Positions 37,762 to 47,567 are shown, numbered from the stretch's first letter. The stretch: 64,000 nt of DNA from a candidate division WWE3 bacterium CSP1-7 (GCA_001443395.1 LDXK01000001.1:158313-222312); one strand, 5' to 3'. The notes: generated by a model from the letters alone, not told the origin. Numbers and translations: made by a program.

Positions 37762-39270
37762 ATGAAAAAGTTTGTCGAGGAACACGATCGGTTTTTCCAA
37801 CGCTTGTTCGAAATTACTCCCGGGGTAATCACCTGGGCTGTTTTGCTTTCTCCGATCTGGTTGGGAAGAATCGCCCCGTTGGCGGTGGCTTTCTTTATCA
37901 CCTTTTTGGTGGTCTACTGGGTTTATCGCGCCGTCATTCACCTGATCGGAGTCGCCGTGGGGTACCGCCGCTACCAAAACGAGCTCAAGATCAACTGGTC
38001 CAAGAAGTCCCCCGATCTCTGGGGATACGATCGGCTCAAACACCTTATTGTCATCCCCAGCGTTAACGAGCCCTATGAAGTATTAGAAGAATCGTTCGCT
38101 TCCCTCGCCGCCCAAAAGTTCCCCAGAGACCGGGTTTACATCTCCTTCTCGGCAGAGGAGAAATACTCCGAGCGCGTTCTCGAGGATATCGAAAGAATCA
38201 AGAAAAAATTTAGGGGGAAGTTGGGAACGGTCTGGACCACCGCTCACCCCTACGGCCTCCCCGGAGAAGCCGTCGGCGCCGCCGCCAACCGGACCTGGGC
38301 GGCCAAACACGCTCTCAGAGAGATCAAAAAGCTCGGCTTGGAAATCGACGACTTTGTCGTTACTACCCTGGATGCGGATATGCGCCTCCATCCCCAGTAT
38401 CTACCGCGCTTATCCTACGCCTTCCTCACCGAACCAAACCGGCTCAACAAGTTTTTCCAAACAGCAGCCTACCTCTTCGACAACAATCTCTGGGAGGTGC
38501 CCCTGCTGATGCGCATCCAGGCAAACTCAATCTCTCTGGCGGTGCTCGCCTCGTGGGTTGTCGAGCCCCAGCACAAAGATACCTGGTCCTGTTATTCGGT
38601 TGCCCTTCCCACCCTGATTGAGGCCGGATTCTGGAACCCGGCGATCGGGGTAGACGACACCACTTTCTACTGGAATGCCTTTCTCAAAAAGAAAGGTCGT
38701 TTCGAGGGGTCCCATTTCTACATCCCCGTTTACGCAGATGCGGTTCAAGACGAGGGGCTTCTCAAAACCCATGTCGCCCAATACAAGCAACTCCTGCGCT
38801 GGGGCTGGGGAATCATCATCTTTCCCATCGCGATGAAAGGATTCCTCACGACCAAGATCCCGTTGAGCCTAAAACTCTCCAAAACCTACAACCTGATTGA
38901 AAAATTCGCAATTTGGTACACCCTCGTGTTCTCAGTTACCTTTGGGTTCCCTCTGCTTTCCGCAATTAATCCCGATATCAAACTCACAACGCTGGGGTAC
39001 CTCTTGCCCAGAATCTCAGGCGCGGTGCTGACCTCGGCCGTTATTCTGCTTCTGCCACTGACTATTTACCGTATCAAAATTACTCTCCCCCCGCCCCGCG
39101 AGTGGCCCTGGTGGAAAAAAATGATTGTCTGGCTGGAGGGACCGCTGATCATCGTGAATCTTATGTTTTACAATTTCCTGCCATACCTGGATGCCCAAAC
39201 CCGCTTGATGTTTGGGAAGAGGCTGGAATTCTGGCCAACTCCTAAGATACGGGCCAAAAATGTCGCTTAA
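37762..39270 (+). CDS. Membrane-embedded GT2 glycosyltransferase
   Basis: DAD, DD, QLLRW motifs, flanking TMs. Confidence 0.85.
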   Translation: MKKFVEEHDRFFQRLFEITPGVITWAVLLSPIWLGRIAPLAVAFFITFLVVYWVYRAVIHLIGVAVGYRRYQNELKINWSKKSPDLWGYDRLKHLIVIPSVNEPYEVLEESFASLAAQKFPRDRVYISFSAEEKYSERVLEDIERIKKKFRGKLGTVWTTAHPYGLPGEAVGAAANRTWAAKHALREIKKLGLEIDDFVVTTLDADMRLHPQYLPRLSYAFLTEPNRLNKFFQTAAYLFDNNLWEVPLLMRIQANSISLAVLASWVVEPQHKDTWSCYSVALPTLIEAGFWNPAIGVDDTTFYWNAFLKKKGRFEGSHFYIPVYADAVQDEGLLKTHVAQYKQLLRWGWGIIIFPIAMKGFLTTKIPLSLKLSKTYNLIEKFAIWYTLVFSVTFGFPLLSAINPDIKLTTLGYLLPRISGAVLTSAVILLLPLTIYRIKITLPPPREWPWWKKMIVWLEGPLIIVNLMFYNFLPYLDAQTRLMFGKRLEFWPTPKIRAKNVA

Positions 39271-40687
39271 AAATTGGCTTTCCGAGAAAAATCTGGTTCT
39301 CCCCACCAAACCTCTCTTTTCGGTTTTTTGGGGGGTCGCTACTTTTCTGGTGGCGGTGGGAACATTTGCGCTCATCTTTTCTTACCAAGCACTACCTCCG
39401 CAAATCCCTCTTCTCTTTACCGCCGAAAAAGGACTCGCCAGTAAAGTTCTGCTTTCGATCGTTCCCATCTTGGCAATTTTCTTCTTAATCGTGAACGCTG
39501 CCGTTTCCGAATTTTTATTGAGAAGGCGCGAGGAAGCCGCCGCTCTTTTCCCCGCCTTTCTGGCGGTTCTGGTTTCGGCCCTCTTGACAGGTTCTTTGAT
39601 CAGGATCATTCGCATCTTTCCCATTCCCAGCACTCCGCTGGAGGAAATCCTCTATCCGCTACTCTTGCCATTCGGCGGAGCGGTCGTTTTGGGAATTGTT
39701 GGCACACTGGTAGCACTGTTTCTGGCCCGCCGCCTGAAACTCTTTGACCGACCCCATGGCCCTTACCCAAGGGTTCGCCCAATTCCCCGGTTAGGAACAA
39801 TTCCGCTCTTTTTCGCCTTCAGCGCGGTTGCTTTTATCTTCTTCCCTCTCAACCCGGCCCTCAAAGGGTTGCTTTTGGGCGGGGGGATCATCACTCTCGT
39901 CCAGATCATTGATGATCTCCATCCTCTTCCGTTCTGGGTGCAGGGTTTGGGACACCTCTTGGCCGCCGGCGCCGCCGTGGTCTGGGGAGGAATAAAGATC
40001 GACTACATCGGCAATCCGGTCTGGCCCTATCTCTCTCCCCGGTATCTACAGTTTGAGGCCATCCCCTACCTTAGTGAGCTGATTACCATCGGCTGGATTT
40101 TTGCACTCATTAACGTTGTCGACTGGCTTGATGGTCTCGACGGCTTGGCCGCCGGGATCGGAACGATTGCCTCCGTTACCATTTTGGTCACCTCCATCGT
40201 TCTAGGCACACCGGCCACCGCCTTATTGGGAATAATTCTGGCCGGAGCGCTGCTGGGATTTTTGCCCTTCAACTACTATCCCGCGAAGATCTATCTGGGA
40301 GGCGGGGCCTTTCTTCTCGGTTACTTTTTGGCGGTGCTCTCAGTATTTTCCGGGGCCAAAACCGGAACGGCGATGCTGGTTCTGGCAATCCCCATAATCG
40401 ATTCTTTTTTGGTGATCTTATCGCGCTTGCGGGCGGGAAAATCTCCGTTCTTGGGAGATCAAGGGCATCTGCACCATCGTCTGATGCAGGCCGGAATCAG
40501 TCACCCGAAGATTGTTCTCTTGGAATGGGCGATTGTGGCGGCGCTGGCGGTGGCCGCGGTTTTCCTTAGAGGATCCGCCAAATTTGCGGCAGTTGGACTA
40601 GTATTTCTTGCCGCGCTATTAGTAAACCGACAACTATTGCGAAGATCTGGATCGAAAGACCGAACGCCATCGGCGCTCTTGAATTAA
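39260..40687 (+). CDS. WecA/TagO/MraY-family polyprenyl-phosphate sugar-1-P transferase with N-terminal membrane extension
   Basis: IDD, DGLDGLA, FNYYPAKIYLG, HLHHRL. Confidence 0.88.
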   Translation: MSLKNWLSEKNLVLPTKPLFSVFWGVATFLVAVGTFALIFSYQALPPQIPLLFTAEKGLASKVLLSIVPILAIFFLIVNAAVSEFLLRRREEAAALFPAFLAVLVSALLTGSLIRIIRIFPIPSTPLEEILYPLLLPFGGAVVLGIVGTLVALFLARRLKLFDRPHGPYPRVRPIPRLGTIPLFFAFSAVAFIFFPLNPALKGLLLGGGIITLVQIIDDLHPLPFWVQGLGHLLAAGAAVVWGGIKIDYIGNPVWPYLSPRYLQFEAIPYLSELITIGWIFALINVVDWLDGLDGLAAGIGTIASVTILVTSIVLGTPATALLGIILAGALLGFLPFNYYPAKIYLGGGAFLLGYFLAVLSVFSGAKTGTAMLVLAIPIIDSFLVILSRLRAGKSPFLGDQGHLHHRLMQAGISHPKIVLLEWAIVAALAVAAVFLRGSAKFAAVGLVFLAALLVNRQLLRRSGSKDRTPSALLN

Positions 40688-41075
40688 CCTGCACCTTCGC
40701 CTGTAATCGGGCCAGCCAGACCACCCACCCCCACCTTTTTCGGCTGAAAATCAAAGGTAAGTAGAAGAGGTCCGGCAACGCTGCCGCGGCGGCGCAAGCC
40801 GCAATCGTCATTCCCACCCCGTAGTCGGGCATTGCCCAATAGAGGAAGAAAAGAAGCAAGGAGAGTGAGAGCAGACCGTCCAGCAGAACCAGCTGAAAGG
40901 AATGATTTTTGAGCGGCCGAGAAATATCCTTAAAGTCCCCCAACCCCAGATCGTCCCAGTGCGGAACCATGTCGAGTGCGAAATGGGAAAGAAAGGCCAA
41001 GGGAACTGAAATAACAGGGTTGGGTAGAGCCGCACCCAGAGCGATCCCAACAGCAACATGAGGAGTTAACAGCAC
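40566..41075 (-). CDS. Membrane metal-dependent hydrolase-like protein
   Basis: MLLTPH..VG, SHFALDMVPHWD, LPD. Confidence 0.65.
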   Translation of the reverse strand: MLLTPHVAVGIALGAALPNPVISVPLAFLSHFALDMVPHWDDLGLGDFKDISRPLKNHSFQLVLLDGLLSLSLLLFFLYWAMPDYGVGMTIAACAAAAALPDLFYLPLIFSRKRWGWVVWLARLQAKVQVNSRAPMAFGLSIQIFAIVVGLLIARQEILVQLPQIWRIL

Positions 41076-41122
41076 GGGAGTATTATAATGTTAAAGACGC
41101 CTGCCAAACAAGGGTAAAAAAG

Positions 41123-42043
41123 ATGCTTTATCGTTTTCTCAGAAATGTGATTGAAAGTGCCCGCCCTCGGCAGTGGCTTAAGAACCTCGCTCTCTTTGCG
41201 GCTCCCTTCTTCGGGGCGGAAATTCTGAACGCCGGAGTCCTGCCGCGGCTGCTCACCGCCTTTGTAGTCTTCTCCCTCCTTTCTTCGTCCGCTTACATTT
41301 TCAATGATGTGATCGATGTCGAAAAAGATCGCCGGCATCCGATCAAGAAGAATCGGCCGATCGCCTCCGGCCGCTTCTCGCCCTTGGCGGCCCGCACCAC
41401 GGCGGCGGTCCTTGCGATCGCCACTCTCTTCTTCGTCGCCGCAAACTTCAATCAATACTTCCTGGGAACCGCAATTGCTTTCGTTGCCCTCCAGCTAAGC
41501 TACAGTCTCTGGATTAGAGATGTCATTATTGTCGATGCGCTCTTGGTGGCGGCGGCCTTTGTCCTCCGGGTCTACGCCGGCGCTTTTGTTCTGCCTACTT
41601 CAATTTCCGCTTGGCTGGTGCTGTCAACCATCGGACTCTCCCTGCTGTTGGCTTTCGGGAAAAGAAGAAGCGAGCGCACCCTGCTTTCCAAGCTCCATCA
41701 ACGCCTGCTCACCCGCGCCACTCTTCGCCACTACCCCGACACGCTCTTGGATTCGATGATTGCGATGTCGGCGACCTACACCACGCTGGCCTACTCGATT
41801 TTCACTTTCGGAACGGCTGGATCGAAGTTTCTCACCGATCTTCTGCCGGAAACTCTTTCTTCGCCGAAATGGGCCCTCCTGACGGTTCCTCTGGTGATCT
41901 ACGGAGTCGCCCGCTACCTCTATATTATCTACGAGAAGAAGGAGGGAGAATCACCGGAAAAAGTAATCCTGACGGATACACCGATCCTGGGAACGGTGGT
42001 CGCCTGGGTCCTCGCCAGTTTTGTCATCCTCTACCTAATCTAG
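41123..42043 (+). CDS. UbiA-family prenyltransferase (decaprenyl-phosphate phosphoribosyltransferase-like)
   Basis: RPRQWLKN, NDVIDVEKDRRHP.K..RPIASG, KRRSE. Confidence 0.88.
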   Translation: MLYRFLRNVIESARPRQWLKNLALFAAPFFGAEILNAGVLPRLLTAFVVFSLLSSSAYIFNDVIDVEKDRRHPIKKNRPIASGRFSPLAARTTAAVLAIATLFFVAANFNQYFLGTAIAFVALQLSYSLWIRDVIIVDALLVAAAFVLRVYAGAFVLPTSISAWLVLSTIGLSLLLAFGKRRSERTLLSKLHQRLLTRATLRHYPDTLLDSMIAMSATYTTLAYSIFTFGTAGSKFLTDLLPETLSSPKWALLTVPLVIYGVARYLYIIYEKKEGESPEKVILTDTPILGTVVAWVLASFVILYLI

Positions 42044-43107
42044 AGCTTCCGGGCGTAATCTGTTGACACCCATCCCTCTTTACCTTGGAAGTCGATTTTG
42101 TACCAACCACTCTGTTCGCCAAGATAGGTGTACTTGCTTCCGACGTTTGCCTGACCAATTTGGCTGTAGTTTTTTCCCGGGCCCGAGCGCACTTTGAGAT
42201 AGCCGATTCCGGTATCCAAAATCAGCACCTTGGGCGCCGCCGGATAGAGCCGGGCGGAAAGGGAGGCCAGGGAGGAAGAAGCCGCGGAACTCAGCGAACC
42301 GGGTACTTCCCCCAGGTAGCCCAGCGTCCGCTTTTCGGAAATCTGAGAAAGAGAGCTCAGCGAAACCTCCGAACCGGTGGAGTCGTAGAGTTTACCTTCC
42401 GCCGTGAGGAAGAAATTGTAGGTGGTGGGATCATCCCCCCGCGCCATCCAAAAAACCGCTCCCGCCACCCAAGAAACCGGGTCGGCTGCCAACAATGAGG
42501 AAGAGGAAGAAAGATCCAAAACCGTCAGATTGGGATTGGGAGAGGGTAATTTCTTTGGATCCGCCGGAAAAGGGTCGATCGCCAGATTAACGGAAACATT
42601 CAGCCGAAAGCCTTCTTTGACCGCAACCTTGATTTTTCGAGAAAAGTAGCCTTCCTTCTTGAGCTCCAGATCGTACTCCCCTTCGGAAAGCGGTTTCGAG
42701 AGGGGGGAATCTCCCAGGGATTCGCCGTTCAGAAAAACCTCCGCCACCGGCCGAGTGATCACCACTAGCTCACTCCCGGTTGAAGATTCCGAAAACCAGG
42801 CCACCTGTCCGGCCGAAAAAGTTTCCGATGGACCCAGAATCCAATCCACGACCGTGAGAGCTCCGGCGGTGAGGCGGATCTTTTGGGTGAAATTGCCGAA
42901 ATTCAAAACCGGGTTTCCGTCTTCCATCTGGTCGGAAAGGTAAGGAGTTGTCCCCACTTCCTGGTTATCAAGAAGAACCTTTTGGCCGGCCGGGTCGGAG
43001 GAAACCGAGAGGGCAGCTTTCTTGCCAACCGCGCCGCTCAGGAAAACGGCGAAAACCAGGACCGCGACGATCCCGAAAATAATCAGACCACGTAATTTCC
43101 TCAGCAC
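42040..43107 (-). CDS. PEGA-domain protein with C-terminal SH3b
   Basis: SDP.G..V.LD...VG.TP; LKVRSGPG...WYKI....GWVS. Confidence 0.85.
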   Translation of the reverse strand: MLRKLRGLIIFGIVAVLVFAVFLSGAVGKKAALSVSSDPAGQKVLLDNQEVGTTPYLSDQMEDGNPVLNFGNFTQKIRLTAGALTVVDWILGPSETFSAGQVAWFSESSTGSELVVITRPVAEVFLNGESLGDSPLSKPLSEGEYDLELKKEGYFSRKIKVAVKEGFRLNVSVNLAIDPFPADPKKLPSPNPNLTVLDLSSSSSLLAADPVSWVAGAVFWMARGDDPTTYNFFLTAEGKLYDSTGSEVSLSSLSQISEKRTLGYLGEVPGSLSSAASSSLASLSARLYPAAPKVLILDTGIGYLKVRSGPGKNYSQIGQANVGSKYTYLGEQSGWYKIDFQGKEGWVSTDYARKL

Positions 43108-43120
43108 GGCTTAAGTTTAA

Positions 43121-43156
43121 CAAACGGAGTTTGCTAGATCGCTGAAGGCGGTCGTC
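43121..43156 (+). mobile_element. Minimal 36-bp family-A element
   Basis: CAAAC-GGA-GTTTG-CTAGA-TCGCT-GAA-GGCGG-TCGTC|CAAA. Confidence 0.75.
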
Positions 43157-43341
43157 CAAAGAACTGTAGAGCCTTCGATGTTAAAATATGTAAAGAGTGA
43201 AGGATCGACAAAAGCGAAGTCGAGCAGTGTTTGAGCCAATCTCCCCTTAGAAACTGGAAGAAGCAGGGAAAGGAAACTCTTTGCTCCCGTTTTGAAGATT
43301 GGCGAGTTTGCGAAACGAGTGTTGTTGATCCCGAACGACCG

Positions 43342-43415
43342 GGTGCGATGGCCGAACGGTTAGGCAGGCGCCTGCAGAGCGTCTCAAGGGGGTTCGACTC
43401 CCCCTCGCACCTCCA
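43342..43415 (+). tRNA. tRNA-Cys(GCA)
   Basis: GGTGCGA/TCGCACC acceptor, anticodon loop CTGCAGA, TTCGA T-loop, U73, encoded CCA. Confidence 0.88.
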
Positions 43416-43431
43416 TGAGAGGGGGTGAAAC

Positions 43432-43845
43432 ATGGCTAACTACGATTTCGATTTACCATCAATTTTTCGGCTCTTCGGCTACGGCGGCGAGGAAGATTTG
43501 CCGCGGGCCTCTTCGGCCGGCCTCAGCATCTACGAAACCAAGGGTGAATTAGTGGTCGAAGCTCCCGTTCCGGGAGTAAAGAAAGATGAGGTCACCGTGG
43601 AGGTCGCCGATGGCATGATCAAGATCGATGCCGTTCACCAGGAGACGGAGGAGGATAAAAAAGAGAAAACCGCAGTCTATCGCGCCCAGCGAATGACCGA
43701 ATTCCACTACTCCACAACCCTTCCCAAGGAGGTCGAAGAAAAACAAGCTCGAGCGAAAATGGAAGACGGAATCCTCAAGGTCCGCGTTCCGCTCAAAGCG
43801 GGAGCAAAGGAAAAGAAATCCACCGTTCCGGTGGAGGGGGAGTGA
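43432..43845 (+). CDS. Hsp20/alpha-crystallin small heat-shock protein
   Basis: IYET, PGV, LP..V, A..EDGIL. Confidence 0.9.
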   Translation: MANYDFDLPSIFRLFGYGGEEDLPRASSAGLSIYETKGELVVEAPVPGVKKDEVTVEVADGMIKIDAVHQETEEDKKEKTAVYRAQRMTEFHYSTTLPKEVEEKQARAKMEDGILKVRVPLKAGAKEKKSTVPVEGE

Positions 43846-43869
43846 AGAGCTAGGTCGGCGGCGGCCGCC

Positions 43870-44487
43870 CTAATCCCGGTAATTCTGGGCGTTCTCCAAC
43901 CGCTCCATAAACCAGTTTATTGATTTGTTCCATCCGGTTCCGTTCGCGACCGAAACGGGGGCGTATTTCATCATGATCTGCTCCACCGTCACCAAACCCT
44001 GATCAATGTAATTTCTTTTTATCCCCCGCGCGACCGCGGTAATCCCCTCTTCCCAGTTAGAGAAACAAAGGGTTCCGCGAGAGTGGATTCCCCAACCCCA
44101 AGCGTTATAGCAATCGGGCGGAGTAACCCGGCCAAACAGGGATTCGTTGCCGGAGATTGCGGTCAAAAGCCGCCAATCTAATCGGTACTTTTCCGAAACT
44201 TCCAAAATAAAATTCGTGTAGGGCACCAGCGGGGAGTGGTAGGAAGCAAGGAACCTCCGCAAGATAATCGGGCGAGCTCCCTCCGCGACCACGCTTTCCC
44301 CCAGCACAATCCCCTCCGGCGGCGGGCTGGTGAAAATAGCCGAACCGGCCGTTGGCAATTCAATAAATTTATCGGGAGAGGAAGAAACTAAAATAGCGGC
44401 GGTCGAAAAAAGAGCTACGAGAGAACTGCTCGCAAAAAACAAAAGAGGTAGTGCTATAAGTATCGCTCCCCTAGGCAGGGATTTCAT
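43870..44487 (-). CDS. Lysozyme/glucosaminidase-like exported protein
   Basis: LDWRLL.AI...ES.FG, NAWGWG, KYAP. Confidence 0.7.
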   Translation of the reverse strand: MKSLPRGAILIALPLLFFASSSLVALFSTAAILVSSSPDKFIELPTAGSAIFTSPPPEGIVLGESVVAEGARPIILRRFLASYHSPLVPYTNFILEVSEKYRLDWRLLTAISGNESLFGRVTPPDCYNAWGWGIHSRGTLCFSNWEEGITAVARGIKRNYIDQGLVTVEQIMMKYAPVSVANGTGWNKSINWFMERLENAQNYRD

Positions 44488-44614
44488 TGGCAGGCCAGGG
44501 AGAGTTTCACTCCCTGCTAGGGAGATAGCGATCCAGAAATCGCATCCTCCCGATGGGGCAGCATTTCTACCGTACCAAAAATGTAATCAGGATTGCAAGT
44601 CGGCGTTGGGCGGG

Positions 44615-45412
44615 CTAGACGCGTTTAAACCAGAGGATCCCGGAAATCGGGGCGTCCCGGCGCTGATGGACTAGTGCAAATCCTTGCCGGAGAAGGAAAT
44701 CCGTCAAATCTTCCTGATTGGTGCGCTTCCCCGGGAGCACGTGGTACTCGAGACGAATTTCCTTGATCTTTTTTAAAATATCGGCTGGGGTTCGGTAGAG
44801 AATCTCGTACTCGGCGCCCTCGCAATCAAGTTTTAAAAGATCGATTGCCTTGAGGTGATTTTCCTCAAAAATATCTTGGAGAGTCACACACGTCACCGCA
44901 ATCTTATCGCCGTGGCGGGAAAAGAAAGAGCTCAACGGAGAGAAACGCGTTAAGAAAAATGTTCGCTTCCCCGCCCGCCCGGCTACCCCCAACTCAAATG
45001 GCTCGATTTTGCCCTCTAACCTGTTGACTCTAATATTTTGAGACAGGAGATAGAAAGAATAAGTCGCGGGTTCATAGGCCAAAACTTTAGCCCCCTGCTG
45101 AGCGGCATAAAGCGAAAATGATCCCAAACTCGCCCCGACGTCCACCACGACCGAACCCTTTGATACCTTACCGTAATCTCTGCGGACAAAGGTTCCGATG
45201 ATCTCCTCTATCTCAACCCACTGCGCGTAACGCATGGCCAACCCGTTGCGGAAAATAAAAAGTCCTTCGGTTTCAGATCGGGTTATAAACCGCCAAAGAA
45301 CTTTCGGCCAATTCTTAAGCAGAAAAATTAGACCGAGAGTGTATCGAAGTCTTTTCGTCAAATCTTTCACTTTGCGAGAGCAAATTGCAACCGAGCGTAG
45401 CGAGGACAGCAC
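44615..45412 (-). CDS. FkbM-family methyltransferase
   Basis: VDVGASLG, LKLDCEGAE; start at GTG 45412 or 45370. Confidence 0.9.
   Translation of the reverse strand: MLSSLRSVAICSRKVKDLTKRLRYTLGLIFLLKNWPKVLWRFITRSETEGLFIFRNGLAMRYAQWVEIEEIIGTFVRRDYGKVSKGSVVVDVGASLGSFSLYAAQQGAKVLAYEPATYSFYLLSQNIRVNRLEGKIEPFELGVAGRAGKRTFFLTRFSPLSSFFSRHGDKIAVTCVTLQDIFEENHLKAIDLLKLDCEGAEYEILYRTPADILKKIKEIRLEYHVLPGKRTNQEDLTDFLLRQGFALVHQRRDAPISGILWFKRV
45371..45412 (+). mobile_element. 42-bp family-B element at the FkbM start codon
   Basis: CAC|TTTGCGAGAGCAAATTGCAACCGAGCGTAGCGAGGACAGCAC|T. Confidence 0.85.
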
Positions 45413-45459
45413 TCTTCCAGATTAGCACGCTGAAATTGGTAATCTAAACTAGATTAACC

Positions 45460-45780
45460 ATGAAAGCTATTTCCCTAAAGCAGCCTTGGGCGAATTATAT
45501 TGCTTCCGGACGAAAGACAATCGAGACCAGGAAATGGACCACTAGGTACCGCGGGAAAATTCTCATTGTCTCTTCCAAATCTCCAAACATCCCCCCGGCC
45601 GGCTATGCCGTGGCCGTGGCGGAGATCGTTGATTGTCGGCCGATGGTTAAAACCGATGAGAAAGCGGCAATGTGTGAAGTTTATCCTAAGGCCCATTCTT
45701 GGGTGTTAAAAAATATTCGCAGGATAGCGCCTTTCCCCGTTAAAGGTCAGCTGAGCCTTTACGAAGTGGATTATGAATAA
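45460..45780 (+). CDS. ASCH-domain protein
   Basis: SLKQPWA, GRKTIETR. Confidence 0.88.
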   Translation: MKAISLKQPWANYIASGRKTIETRKWTTRYRGKILIVSSKSPNIPPAGYAVAVAEIVDCRPMVKTDEKAAMCEVYPKAHSWVLKNIRRIAPFPVKGQLSLYEVDYE

Positions 45781-46309
45781 TTTGGAAACCGCAACTTTTG
45801 CCGGCGGGTGCTTTTGGTGCGCGGACGCCGTTTTCCGCATGCTGAAGGGAGTAAAAAGTATCACCGCGGGTTACGCCGGCGGGGAAAAAGAGAATCCGAC
45901 CTATGAAGAGGTTTCATCTGGGCAAACCGGGCACGTTGAGGCTGTTCAGATCGAATTCGCTCCCTCCGAAATTTCTTATCGGGAACTTTTGGAAGTCTTT
46001 TGGCACACCCACAACCCCACCGAGGTAAACCGCCAGGGGCCGGATGCGGGACCGCAATACCAGGCAGCTATCTTCTACCACGACGAGGAGCAGAAAAAGC
46101 TCGCCGAAGAATCCAAGACTAGGATCGCCGGGGAGCTAAACCAATCGGTTATGACCCGGATTATTCCCTTCAAAAATTTCTTCCCGGCCGATGAGAACCA
46201 TCAGGACTATTTCGCAAAAAATCCCCATGTCCCCTATTGCCAGATCGTGATTAAGCCCAAGGTTGAAAAAGTAGAGAAACTCTTTCATGAAAAACTTAAA
46301 AACGCCTAG
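45773..46309 (+). CDS. msrA: Methionine-S-sulfoxide reductase
   Basis: GGCFWC, GYAGG, HQDY. Confidence 0.95.
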   Translation: MNNLETATFAGGCFWCADAVFRMLKGVKSITAGYAGGEKENPTYEEVSSGQTGHVEAVQIEFAPSEISYRELLEVFWHTHNPTEVNRQGPDAGPQYQAAIFYHDEEQKKLAEESKTRIAGELNQSVMTRIIPFKNFFPADENHQDYFAKNPHVPYCQIVIKPKVEKVEKLFHEKLKNA

Positions 46310-46691
46310 GAACGAGAAAGGATGGCAAGAAAAACTGACGCCAGAGCAGTACGCCGTTCTCCGCCAAGGCGGAACCGAAGCGCCTTTTTCGGGTGAATAC
46401 GTTTATACCAAAGACAAGGGGATGTATCGCTGTCGCGCTTGCGGCAACGAGATATTCTCCTCCGGAACCAAGTTTGATTCCGGCACCGGCTGGCCCAGCT
46501 TTTACGATGCGGTTTCGGGAGCGGTCAAGCTACGGGAAGACCGAAGTTTGGGAATGGTCCGAACCGAGGTGCTCTGCGCCAAATGCGGCGGCCACCTGGG
46601 TCACGTATTTGACGACGGTCCCCAACCGACAGGAAAAAGGTACTGCATCAACTGCGTTTCTTTAAACCTGGAAAAATTAGCTCAAAAATAG
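46287..46691 (+). CDS. msrB: Methionine-R-sulfoxide reductase
   Basis: GTGWPSF, HLGHVF.DGP, RYCIN. Confidence 0.95.
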   Translation: MKNLKTPRNEKGWQEKLTPEQYAVLRQGGTEAPFSGEYVYTKDKGMYRCRACGNEIFSSGTKFDSGTGWPSFYDAVSGAVKLREDRSLGMVRTEVLCAKCGGHLGHVFDDGPQPTGKRYCINCVSLNLEKLAQK

Positions 46692-47012
46692 ACGGTCCAC
46701 CTTCGCGGCGAAGACGAAATCGGCCTCGTGAAGGCCGTTAATTTTGTGGGTATAGATTTGAACCTCGGCAAAGCCCCAGCCAAAGGAAATGTCGGGGTGG
46801 TGTCCAACCTCCTCGGCAATTTCCCCCACTCTGTTGACGAACACGAGCGCGGTTTCGAAATCCGGGAATTTGAAGCGCTTTTTCAGGTGGTGTTCTTCCA
46901 CCACTTCCCAATCATTGCCGAGCCTTTCAAACCAGGTATTCAACTCCGCACCCTTCAGCGGTGGGACGCCGCCCTGGCAGGGAACGCACTGTAGATTGGC
47001 GAGATCGCTCAT
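46677..47012 (-). CDS. Pterin-4a-carbinolamine dehydratase
   Basis: [16 protein letters not shown]...DF. Confidence 0.9.
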   Translation of the reverse strand: MSDLANLQCVPCQGGVPPLKGAELNTWFERLGNDWEVVEEHHLKKRFKFPDFETALVFVNRVGEIAEEVGHHPDISFGWGFAEVQIYTHKINGLHEADFVFAAKVDRLFLS

Positions 47013-47485
47013 CGACGCAGATCCAGATTAACTTCTTGAGTTTGCTTCTTTGTTATCACAACTTTTTGCCCCACCGGCCCCAGACCCTCCGGCTCACCAA
47101 ACTCTTCGGGAAAGTTGGAGTTGTTGAAAAAGACGTAATAAGTACCGGCGGGAACCGCCTCATACAACGCTACTCCATCTTGACTGGAAATTTTCACATA
47201 AGCGACAAGATTATCCTCCGGATTCGGAGTGGTAAAAAGATCCACCTCGATGAAGGATCCCGGCTTCCCCTCCACGGTTACCAAAATCCGGACTTGGCCG
47301 GTTTCGGCCGTAGCGGTTACCGGAACGCAGGTTCCCTCTTTGAAATTGCACCTCTGAACCGGCTGTTCATTCTCGGGAGGTGTAGCTAGTTGCCGATTCT
47401 TAATAAAGAGGAAAAGCTGATAACCGCCGAAAGCCAAACCACCCAGAACCAACACCAAGGCGAGGCCGAGAATAAATTTGCGCAT
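47009..47485 (-). CDS. Membrane-anchored beta-sandwich hypothetical protein
   Basis: N-terminal TM, VPAGTY. Confidence 0.6.
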   Translation of the reverse strand: MRKFILGLALVLVLGGLAFGGYQLFLFIKNRQLATPPENEQPVQRCNFKEGTCVPVTATAETGQVRILVTVEGKPGSFIEVDLFTTPNPEDNLVAYVKISSQDGVALYEAVPAGTYYVFFNNSNFPEEFGEPEGLGPVGQKVVITKKQTQEVNLDLRR

Positions 47486-47567
47486 CAACTCAAGGATAAC
47501 AAAGAAAGCCTCAAAATTGACGAAATAAAGCCGCCGATTATAATTAGAGCAATCGGAAGGAGGAGAA

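Noticed and set aside
43231-43428. ORFs overlapping the tRNA genes
   Set aside because: Overlap a cloverleaf tRNA; no protein features
43850-43869. Full family-A copy after hsp20
   Set aside because: Core-like CTAGG..CCGCC is present but there is no convincing first stem or target copy; counted only as degenerate
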